Shown here: one piece after another, positions 1 through 8,981 of the stretch
Position numbering within the stretch: the first letter of the stretch is position 1
Layout: every line of letters starts with the position of its first letter
Source of the DNA: Klebsormidium nitens
Taxonomy: Eukaryota; Plantae; Klebsormidiophyceae
DNA length: 37,595 bases
Direction: 5' to 3'
NCBI GenBank assembly: GCA_000708835.1
Contig: DF237681.1
Span: 1 to 37,595, forward strand
Notes under the pieces: generated by a model
Told to the model about the DNA's origin: nothing
Database searches by the model: none
What the model saw: the letters and a program-made list of their open reading frames with translations, nothing else
Program-made: the position numbers and the translations under genes

Positions 1-918
1 CCTCTTATCTCGTATCCTGGAAGCCAGAACATAACTCGTGGGAGCCAGAAAGATATGTCGTGAACCGCCCGAGGCTGTGGCGGATTATTGGAAACGACAT
101 GAAGAACAACGAGAAGGGCTTGGGGCGTCTTTCTTGTTTAGTGTTGCGTCAGAGCTGTTTAATTACTCGTAGTAACTATGCTCCCACACGACACCGTATA
201 AGAGTTGGTTGTCTCTTACGGAGTAGTTCAGTAGTTTGTATAAAGTGAGCAGTAGTGTTGTCTCTTCCTGACCAATTGTGCCTCGTAAGTTTTCCTATCC
301 TTGGGGGATGTAGAATAAACCGAGGAGTGGTAACGGGGCATTGTGACAGATGGGCTATGGTTAAGTCTAACCGCACATCGTCACCAGTAAGTTAACCTTT
401 GGGTGCGCGCGTACGCCGGGTTGAGACGTATGAGCACAGTATTGATGTGACGTAGCCAATGCTAGATTGATTAATTACGCCACCAAAGAAGTCGTAGAGT
501 GCAAGATAGGTATGCCGAGTCATTGATGTGACTGCATGATGTTGCAAGACTATGGCCTGACCAGGATTGCTTGGCACGGTGCATGGCGCTCTACTATCTG
601 GTCGTAGTATGCGGTCCTACAAGTGCACAGCTGTCCTAGACATGACTGGATGCGGCTACGAGAACGCCCGAGGGCACTACTCGAAGCAGCCTCTCCACGA
701 TTTGAGACTTAGCTGAGACGGTACTGACTGGAACAAGACACGAAACCTTGCGGGGATCATGCGAATTCCCAACAAGCAAGCAGAACTGTCTTGGGCAGAA
801 AGACAACATTTTTACAAAGCAAGCAGCTCCATCCGAAAATGCATGCAACCATGGTTTCCGCACATGGCTGCCATATGTGTGTGTAGTTATCCCGCCAGCG
901 CTTCGCTTAAGCTTCACA
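1..918 (+). mobile_element. 3' end of Ty3/gypsy chromovirus (family A): decayed chromodomain end, 3' UTR, PPT and 3' LTR
   Basis: 1-130 aligns with the chromodomain-coding stretch at 29351-29490 (SYLVSWKGYGPEHNSWEPE), with small deletions. 130-918 aligns in reverse complement with 6907-7710. Confidence 0.85.
342..918 (+). repeat. LTR of family A (577 bp, TGTGAC...TCACA)
   Basis: Starts TGTGACAG just after the purine-rich tract GAGGAGTGGTAACGGGGCA (322-340) and ends TCACA. Homologous throughout to the reverse complement of 6907-7508. Confidence 0.8.
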
Positions 919-923
919 GTAAA

Positions 924-1355
924 TGTGATGGTACTAGGCTACTTCGACCTCTGGCCTAGTCACATCACAACTCTCAGTCCGGAATTACTGGTTAAAGGGT
1001 AATTCGGCGGCAGAAAAAGTATCGTTGCGCGCGTTTTGCCGCCGTAGCCCATTGGGTCACTGATCTGTTACAATGGTATCAGAGGCTGACGTCATGACGA
1101 TCTCATGACGCTTTCCTTCGACCCAAGGGTCGTGGGCTCGAATCCCTCAGGGCAACTCAGGTGATAGTCCCTCTTCCTGAATCCTGAGGGGGTTGAGTTG
1201 GGGGTAATGTGATGGTACTAGGCTACTACGACATCTGGCCTAGTCACATCACAACTCTCAGTCCGGAATTACTAGTCAAATAGTAATTCGGCGGCAGAAA
1301 GTATCGTTGCGCACGTTTTTGCCGTCGTAGCCCAGTGGGTTACCGATCTATTACA
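924..1355 (+). mobile_element. TRIM (miniature non-coding LTR retroelement), 432 bp
   Basis: Two direct repeats 924-1072 and 1208-1355 (about 90% identical by eye), each TGT...ACA. PBS TGGTATCAGAGG at 1074-1085, G-rich PPT 1186-1204 just before the second LTR, 135-bp non-coding interior. No TSD (GTAAA vs TTGCA). Confidence 0.88.
1074..1085 (+). promoter_or_regulatory. Primer binding site, initiator tRNA-Met type
   Basis: TGGTATCAGAGG one base after the 5' LTR end; matches the canonical plant TGGTATCAGAGC at 11 of 12 positions. Confidence 0.85.
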
Positions 1356-1361
1356 TTGCAG

Positions 1362-3382
1362 CTCCGAGTACAGGGATGGAAGAGGGTTTTGCCCACAGCG
1401 CTGAGGCGAAGGAAAGGGAGATGGGGGTTCTGTTGGCGGAGAAGATTTCTGAGATAGAGGACCTGCAGCTAGTAGAAAGTCGGTTGCGTGCGCAGAAGAA
1501 GAAGCTCGAGCAACAGCTCGACAAGGCTCGGCAGAATGGTGGAAAGCTCAGAAATCGGTTTGAGAAGGACTACAAGGATCCGGTGAAGGGAGGAGCAGAG
1601 AAGAAGAGGAGCAAAGAGGCCTTGTGAGTGAACATGTGGAACAGTTCATGACAAGGGCTGTGCTGATTGCATTGTCAAAGTTTATAAGCTTTTCCGGAGG
1701 AGCCTTCGGAGCCTTCAGGATTTGGGTTCTGCATTGTTTTCTTGTAGACAGACTTGCACTTCTCTTTCTCAAGGCCGGTTGTGCTTGTGTAAAAACTGGG
1801 GACCAGAAGTTTTTTCTGGATCTTTGAATCTTATTGTCTCCCTAGTCTGCTCAAGACCACTCGATAAAGAGTCTGACTTGAGTCGGTTGTTGGATAAGTT
1901 GGTTGTTGATTGGCAGCAAGAGTTTCCGGACTTCTCTGGCGTCTTTTCCAGTTGCCTTGTGCTGTAACATGCATTCGCACATGCTTTGAATAGTATCATG
2001 CCTTGTATTTTCTGTTCCTAGGGGTTGAGCTGAGTGCATTGAATGTTGATTCTGGAGTGAATGGCGGTCTGTCTAACAACACCTTCTGATCAAAAATGCA
2101 TTTGCCTGCATCGGGAAAATGGCAGCGCCTGCAACGGTGAAGAAGCTCGCGACTTGCCCTTCACAGCTTAGGAAGCGCAAGCGCTTGGCGGCATACCCGG
2201 AGGTTGCGACTCGTTCTCGCAGCTGACCGGGAGTGCCTGCACGGTGGACATGCTGCGAAACCCGATGCGGGGGGACACACTTAAGAAGCTGCGGCAAGAA
2301 GCGGGACATGCGGCGCTGGACGAGGTGGGGGTCAATATGACGGCGGCGCTGGCGCTGACTGGACTTGAGCTGGGGGATGGGAACATGAAGATGTACATGT
2401 AGGTACCTTTCCATTGATTTCTTCATACTTTCCGTCTTGCTCTGCTCATTTGTATGGTGATTGCAGCCTCAACGCCCGCTTTTTCAAGTCAATCTCAAGT
2501 CAATTACTGCATCAAAACGTGCTAGAACCCAATTTAGCTTCCCGCGTTGAGCAATTTGGCTTGCTCGTACTCGTGACAGTGATTGTTTGTTGGCTGCACG
2601 TCTGAACGTTTGTGTCTGAAGCCCGAATGTGTTGCTTCTATATGACTCGGATGGTTGCAATGGATTGTTTCGAAGCCGTGGACCTTGCATTTCTCAGGGC
2701 CTTGTACGGCTCTGTGAAGGCTGCCACCCAGGACACCGGGTACAAGATGACCAGCATGCCCAACCCGCACAAGGTCAATCTGGAGCGGAAGGCGCTCATC
2801 GAGGAGGTAAGATTCTCTCGTGGAAAGAAGTCGTTGAAGGAAGTGGTGGGCTCTCTACCCAATCGCATCTCTTGTCGATCCCGGTTCAGGTACTGTTTGA
2901 TGCAAGTTCTTGTTCAGGGCGCGATTGCACGAGGCTGACTAGGCCCTAAACCACTTGGGTTAAACCTTGTTTGTGTCATGGTACGTGTTGCTAGGAGGTA
3001 AAGCGCAGCCTGAATGGGCATTGCATGTACTCACCCGTATATTGAACCGCAAGTTCAAGGTGCATGTACACGCACCTCTTCAACTCTCTTTCGGTCTAGG
3101 ATCGTTTTGCTTTGTGTTGGAGTTCTGTCCTAGTACGTTCTTAACCCGTTCATTGTGCCCATTGAGGTGGCTGTGCCAAGGGCTGCTCCACTCTTAACGC
3201 GATTCTTTCCATTAGCAGGTTCCAAAGGCGATTGGGAAGATCGAGGTGAACTGGCGGCACACCCGCATGGTATATGACAAGGAGCTGAAGAAGGAGGTGG
3301 AGGACTGAGGTCATGAAGGACAACGTGTGGTTGGGAACGTTGTCCGCGGTCGCGCAGCTCGTCAAGTTTTACGGCATGTCAG
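1362..3382 (+). pseudogene. Decayed multi-exon gene of unknown family (coiled-coil exon plus three further exons)
   Basis: AG/GT-bounded candidate exons 1362-1623 (coiled-coil, K/E-rich), 2223-2402 (ends in in-frame TAG), 2698-2806 (ALYGSVKAATQDTGYKMTSMPNPHKVNLERKALIEE) and 3219-3382 (frameshifted). Exon phases do not all join. Confidence 0.45.
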
Positions 3383-4499
3383 GTCATATGGCATCGTTGT
3401 TGTGAGGAATCGCAAATGTAACTTTATTGAAATTGACTTGTGAAGTTGAAGGAGTTTATAATGTTGAAGTGGGAAATAGCGACCAAGGTGCCGGTTGCGC
3501 AATGTGATTAGGGCTAGATGTTGTAAGATGTGCAGCCCGAACACACGGGTAATAGTAGTAGTAGCAATTAGCAAGGAGAAGTGTTGTTAATTGGCTAACT
3601 AGCGAACGGTTGTGACGGTTGCGCCCAAAGCGAGGCGGAATTAAAGTGGGCGTGGGCCGTCACACCGACGGCATCACCGTAGCGTGACGGCGACAGAAAC
3701 CAATCAACATTTACCCTCCGATAGATTCAACTCGGTGGTTTGTACCGACCACACGTCTTCCGCGCAGTCCTCTCGAGCCACTCGGCTCTCATCTTCTCGA
3801 AAAGTGGGGACCCGAGCTTCGGGTTTTCCTTAAGCCCCACCTTCTCCCCGGACCCGGGGGTTGGGGTTTTCTCCTTCCCCAACCTCTCGCCCCCTCCAGC
3901 TACTGCCACTGGTCTGGTGGCTGCGGCTGGACCCTTTTTGGCTTTGGCGGCTCGGTAAGGGGAGACGTGGTTACAGTCCCGGGTGTCGGGGGCTTCCCCC
4001 CCCGCTTCTCGGCCCCGGTTTCAGCGACCTTCCTTGGCCGCCCCTCTCACTCCGGCGACGTGACCGCCCCGCGTTTCTGCCCCGTCTCGGTCGGCGGGGT
4101 CACCCTCTGGGTGGGGATTATAGTGGACCCCCGGACCTCCAGTTCCCGCGCTCTCCTTCCCAGGTCCACAGAGGCTACAAGCCGCGCACGAGGCCCGTAG
4201 CCTCACATTCGCTGGCGACTAGGACCCAAAATCGACCGCGCCTCGCGTGAGAGGCTGTACTACTGTTCTCCTAGTAAATTAGACAGCGCCGAGGCTGCAG
4301 TGGGAGAAAGTACTAATGGGCTTGTAACAATTACAATATTCCCACTTCATCCTTTTTTTCCCCTCATTGAGGATGAACCCCCTCCATACGGATGTAGACC
4401 TTCATCCTCATTTTCCCCCTATATATATATAAAGTTCTTCATCATCATCATCAGACTCAAGCCCCTCTCTTCCCCTTTATATATACCCCCTTTTCCGCC

Positions 4500-4745
4500 C
4501 TTCATCTTCCACATTATCTTCACTCCCGGGCCCATCTTATCCTATACCCCCTTTTCAGCCCTTCAACTCCCACATTATCCCCACTCCCGGGCCAGCTTTC
4601 CCTATACCCCCTGTTCAGCCCTTCATCTCACACATTATGTTCACTCCCGGGCCCAGCTTTCTCTATACCCCCTTTTCAGCCCTATATCTCCCACATCATC
4701 TTCACTCCGGGGCCCAGCTTTCCCTATATACCCCCTTTCAGGCCT
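4500..4745. repeat. Minisatellite, 4 x ~60 bp
   Basis: Unit approximately TTCATCTCCCACATTATCTTCACTCCCGGGCCCAGCTTTCCCTATACCCCCTTTTCAGCCC, repeated four times. Confidence 0.9.
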
Positions 4746-5318
4746 TTCATCTTCCTTATTTTTACTGAAAAGAATGAGGAAGATGAACGCGTTTTCCCAT
4801 AGGGGCCAGCCCAGCCCCAACTCTGCTTCTGTCCCCCTCAGGAAAAACGCCTTCATCATCCTCATTTTCACTGAAAATAATGAGGAAGATGAAGGCGTTT
4901 TCCCCCTAGGGGCCAGCCAAGCCCCCGCCTAGCCCTTGGCCCCCAGGGAAAACCCCTTCATCATCCTCATTTTTACTGAAAAGAATGAGGAAGATAAAGA
5001 CGTTTTCCCATAGGGGCCAGCCAAGCCCCCACCTAGCCCTTGGCCCCCTAGGAAACACGCCTTCATCATCCTCATTATCCTGAAAATAATGAGGAAGATG
5101 AACTTAGGCGGTTTCCCCTAGGGGCCAGCCAAGCCCCCGCCTAGCCCTTGGCCCCCCAAGAAAAACGCCTTTATCATCCTCATTCTCACTGAAAAAAATG
5201 AGGAAGATGAAGGCGTTTTCCCCTAGAGGCTAGCCAAGCCCCAGCCCAGCCCCTGGCCCCCCAGGGAAAACGCCTCCATCATCCTCATTTTCACTGAAAA
5301 TAATGAGGAAGATGAAGG
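4745..5318. repeat. Tandem array, ~5.5 x ~105 bp, each unit with a long palindromic core
   Basis: Units start at about 4843, 4948, 5052, 5161 and 5267, plus a 5'-partial unit at 4745. Core AAAACGCCTTCATC-ATCCTCATT-TTCACTGAAAAT-AATGAGGAA-GATGAAGGCGTTTT, followed by a GGGGCC...GGCCCC block. Confidence 0.9.
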
Positions 5319-5704
5319 AGGTGAATAACTACTCAACCCTCGTTTGTTAGTGTTCTTGGCCGCCAAGGCACCCTCCCCCCCCCCCTTCCTTTACCTCCTC
5401 ATCTTCCTCACTTTCATCATCTTCGGTGAATGAAACGAACATGAAGCCAACCCATGAAAATAAGTCCCTAGGCTTAAAGCCGTTCACTTCATTGATGAAA
5501 ATGAAACGAAAGATGAAAATTTGGAGGAAAATGAAGACCTTCAACCAAGTGAAGGCTGAAATGATGAAAGCCAAAATGAAGCTAGATATTGTAAACCTTA
5601 CAACCTCATTAGTACTTCGTGTGCAGTGGTCAATATCCGGGCCTCCAAAGCGTTACAAAGCTGAGACTTCAGACTTGCTGTTCGATAGCCTCTCGTGAGT
5701 TGGA

Positions 5705-6906
5705 TTAACTAGGGACCGAACCGGTTGTGATACGGCCCTTCGTGCTGATGCAGGCCATCCCATCCTGAAAATATGCCTCCGTCGGGTGCGCGAGGTCGAA
5801 CTCCGGGTCCGGACCGACCAGCTTCAACTTCATGGGCAGCTTGTCGGCCGTCGCTCTTGCGACCTGCTCGACTCGGAGGACCCCCACCAGCATGTTCACA
5901 TCTATCTCGTCCCCGTTTTGGAATCGTTGCGGTCGAAGGATTTGTTGTCGAGGAAGTAGTCGACCTAGCATAGGATGTCACAAAGCATGTCAATGCGAAG
6001 CTTGTGATTTAGGAAGAATCATCGATGCACCATGTTAAAGGAAAGTCGACTCCACCAGCAATGAAAACCTCGTTTAAAATTGGTTCTAGCCCACACGCCG
6101 CAATTCGTAATGCATGAGGGTGGCTCGAAAGCCGCTACATCCGCTTGTAATCTATCTCTTCAAAGGTGTTTTTTCCACTCAGCCACACGGACCCTGCAAA
6201 ACAGAATAAAAGAAATATGTCTTAACACGAGGCAAAATCACACGAGTTGCTCCGCCGTCAGCGAGCTGTCGTCTTTCTTCCATACCTGCCGGCATATCTG
6301 CTCGAACAGGTCCTTGGAGAAGGGCACCCCGTTGCCGTTGGTGTGCCCCTGACCATCTGCAAGACCACTCGGGAAAACCGGAGAGCACTTTAGTTCAAGG
6401 ACAACATGACACCATTCTGATCACGCCTCTTGCGTAAGTCTGAGGCAGCTGGCTTTGTGGGAAACCCTTGCAGATAGCTAGACATAGTAGAAGATATTGC
6501 CTAAGAACATCATGCTCAAAGCTGACAACTTCTCACATGCCTTTCAACCCAGTGTCTCAACCTGTAAAGAGCATGGATAAGGGCATGAAAATTACAAAAA
6601 ACATGGGCATGACAGTAGAGGAGATCAAAGAAATGTGCCATGCCTTTCAAAGTGTCGCCCAAAGCCTTCATCACAGTCAAGGCCGCAACGCCATTGACCC
6701 TCGCCAGATTGAAGCTAGCCTTGGTCTCGAACACACCCCGGATCTCCTTCGCTCCGGACAGCTCCCCCCTCTTGAAGGAGCATGCCGTCAAGTGCTCCCT
6801 GGCGCAATAGTTGTAGTTGCTCCGCGTCTTGAAAACGGTCATGAGGTCGTGCTTTTCACCCGCCTCGGAGTCGTCCCGCTCCATGCCCATTACCACAGCT
6901 CGCCCA
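5705..6906 (-). pseudogene. Decayed spliced gene of unknown family, cut at its 5' side by an LTR insertion
   Basis: Coding-like segments about 6660-6906 (GRAVVMGMERDDSEAGEKHDLMTVFKTRSNYNYCAREHL...), about 6248-6352 after a TTGCAG acceptor (DGQGHTNGNGVPFSKDLFEQICRQVWKK) and about 5705-5960 after a GCTAG acceptor (frameshifted). Confidence 0.4.
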
Positions 6907-7508
6907 TGTGACGGTTGGCCAGCTTAAGCGAAGCGCTGGGAGGATAACTACAACACACTAACGGCAGCATAAGCGGAAACCATGGTTGCAGGCATTCTTG
7001 GACGAAGGCGCTTGCTCTGTAAAAATGTTGTCTTTCTGCTTAAGACAGTTATGCCTGCTAGTTGGGAATTCGCACTTCGAATGATCCCCGCAAGGTTTCT
7101 TGTCTTGTTCCCGTCAGTACTCAGTCGAGTCTTCAATCGTGGAAAGGCTGCTTCGAGGAGTGCCCGCAGGCGTCTCGTAGCCGCATTCAACCATGTCTAG
7201 GACAGCTGTGCACTTGTGGGACTGCATACTCTGACCACATAGTAGAGTGACATGCACCATGCCAAGCAATCCTGGTCATGCCATGATCTTGCAAGATCAT
7301 GCTGTCCGTAAGCGTCACATCAGTGACTAAGCATCTGTATCTTGCACTCTACAAACTATTTAGTGGCGTATTTAATGAAGCTTGCATTAACTACGTCACA
7401 TCAATACTGTGCTCATATGCCGCAACCTGGCATACGCGCGAACCCGAAGGTAAACTTACTTGTGACGATGTGCGGTTAGACGTAACCATAGCTAGCCCAT
7501 CTGTCACA
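6907..7508 (-). repeat. 3' LTR of family A (602 bp, TGTGACAG...CCGTCACA)
   Basis: On the minus strand it follows GAGGAGTGGTAACGAGGCAT and has 6-bp inverted termini TGTGAC/GTCACA. Homologous to 342-918. Confidence 0.85.
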
Positions 7509-8270
7509 ATGCCTCGTTACCACTCCTCGGCTTATTTTACATCCCCTGAGGATAGGAAAACTTACGAGACATTATTGATCACGAAGAGACAACACTACTT
7601 ACTTTACATATACTACTTACAATACGAGAAGAGACAATCTAGCTCCTCTTCACGATGCCGTGGGGAGCACATAAACTATCTGTCTAGCTCCGCGACCAGA
7701 TACTAAGCAATAAGGACGCCTCAAGCCTTTCCCTTTGTTCTTCTAGCCGTCTCCAATAATCCGCCACTACGAGTTATATTCTGGACCATAATCCTTCCAG
7801 GACACGAGATAGGAGGCACGAGGGCGATGTCGCTCTCGGAATCGATGACCCAATATCGAATCAACATCCTATTCCAGAACACCTTCCAACTCGATTGGCG
7901 GTGGTGGGGGTTGTACCCGGCCGTCTGACCTGTTAAAGGCTCAAGCAGAGATACGTGAAATACATGATGAACGCGCCAAGCTGGATTCTTCTTCACCTTA
8001 AAAGCGACGGGACCCACAACCTTCTCGACTGGACCAATCCATTTAGGGAGAAGCTTACTAGATCTCTCGCCATGCTCAATGTTAAGATACTTCGTACCCA
8101 GAAGAACCTTATCCCCCACAGAGAAATGTTTCTCTGTACGACGCTGGTTTGCATAGGCTTTCTTTTGAGCTGCAATCAAACTTTTGCGAGCAAAAGTGAG
8201 AGCAGACTGCCAACGCTCACCGAAAGCAATAGATGCAGGGTGCATATCATCCGAGTCCCACTTTTCACCC

Positions 8271-8981
8271 CACGACCAGTCCAGCCTCACTGAAGAGGTA
8301 GTCATCTAGGCCCACCCACGTGTGCAGATTACAATTTGGGTCAAGTCGCGTCCAGCGACTTGTTCAATTCCGATCCTTATATACCGTAGTCGATCCGACT
8401 CGAGTCACTGTCGCCGGTCCGCGCGCCGTACGAATTTGGAGTCGTACGACAAAATCTGATGACGTCGACCGACTCGCAAAGGCAGTCTCAAATTTATAGA
8501 GTGAATCGCGACGTCGTACCGCAGATTCTGTAAGACGGACAGTGACCAGTCATGGCGCTTCGCAAAAGGACTCAATGGTTGCTCATCACTGTAGGGAGCC
8601 TACTATTGCTTGCAGGTCTCTTCATCTTTTGAGTGCTGTAAATTGCTGTAGGGAGCCTACTATTGCTTGCAGGTCTCTTCATCTTTTTGAGTGCTGTAAA
8701 TTGCTATGATTCATTGTCTATAAGTGTTTTGAAGTTGGCAGCAATCTGCATAACTTTTCATCAAGGCGTTCGCAATCGTCCTGGAGGGCTTTTTAACTAA
8801 GCGGCCTCCATTATCTTGAAACCGCTGTATTGGGCTGCTCGAAAAAGTGGTTCATGACATTGGAGGGTTTTTCCGCCAAGGTGTTAGTTCGGCCGAAGCC
8901 AAAATGTGACCGTCAAATCGGACATCGGACGGCGTGCCTCTCGAAAAGCGACACTACCAAATTTGCCAGGGACGGGTCATG
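8271..8981 (-). mobile_element. MITE-like TIR element (CACGACC ends, 2-bp TSD) inserted in the integrase
   Basis: Splits the integrase sequence GACTCCACC|GGGTGAAAAG (intact at 27977-27995). Ends CATGACCCGTCC and GGACTGGTCGTG; CC duplicated on the plus strand (8269-8270, 8982-8983). Homologous end to end with 36357-37002. Confidence 0.85.
8589..8705. repeat. Tandem duplication, 2 x ~57 bp, inside the MITE
   Basis: CTGTAGGGAGCCTACTATTGCTTGCAGGTCTCTTCATCTTTTGAGTGCTGTAAATTG occurs twice, differing by one T. Only one copy in the 36357-37002 element. Confidence 0.92.

Larger units (their letters stand above)
4304..5621. mobile_element. Non-autonomous TIR DNA transposon (foldback-like) with 8-bp TSD, 1318 bp
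   Basis: Left end GAGAAAGTACTAATGGGCTTGTAACAATTACAATAT vs reverse complement of right end CACGAAGTACTAATGAGGTTGTAAGGTTTACAATAT. Perfect flanking duplication TGCAGTGG at 4296-4303 and 5622-5629. Interior is tandem repeats. Confidence 0.85.

Noticed and set aside
1090-1160. tRNA gene
   Set aside because: Only the variable loop/T-arm is recognisable; I could not form acceptor, D or anticodon stems.
3740-4250. Overlapping GC-rich ORFs, including a CAACSLC stretch
   Set aside because: Short, on both strands, no complete zinc-finger or other domain; expected at this GC content.
4300-4932. 210-aa ORF
   Set aside because: Translation of pyrimidine-rich minisatellite inside a non-coding transposon.
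4745-5318. CRISPR-like look of palindromic repeats with intervening segments
   Set aside because: The intervening segments are themselves conserved between units, the array lies inside a TIR element, the context is eukaryotic and there are no cas genes.
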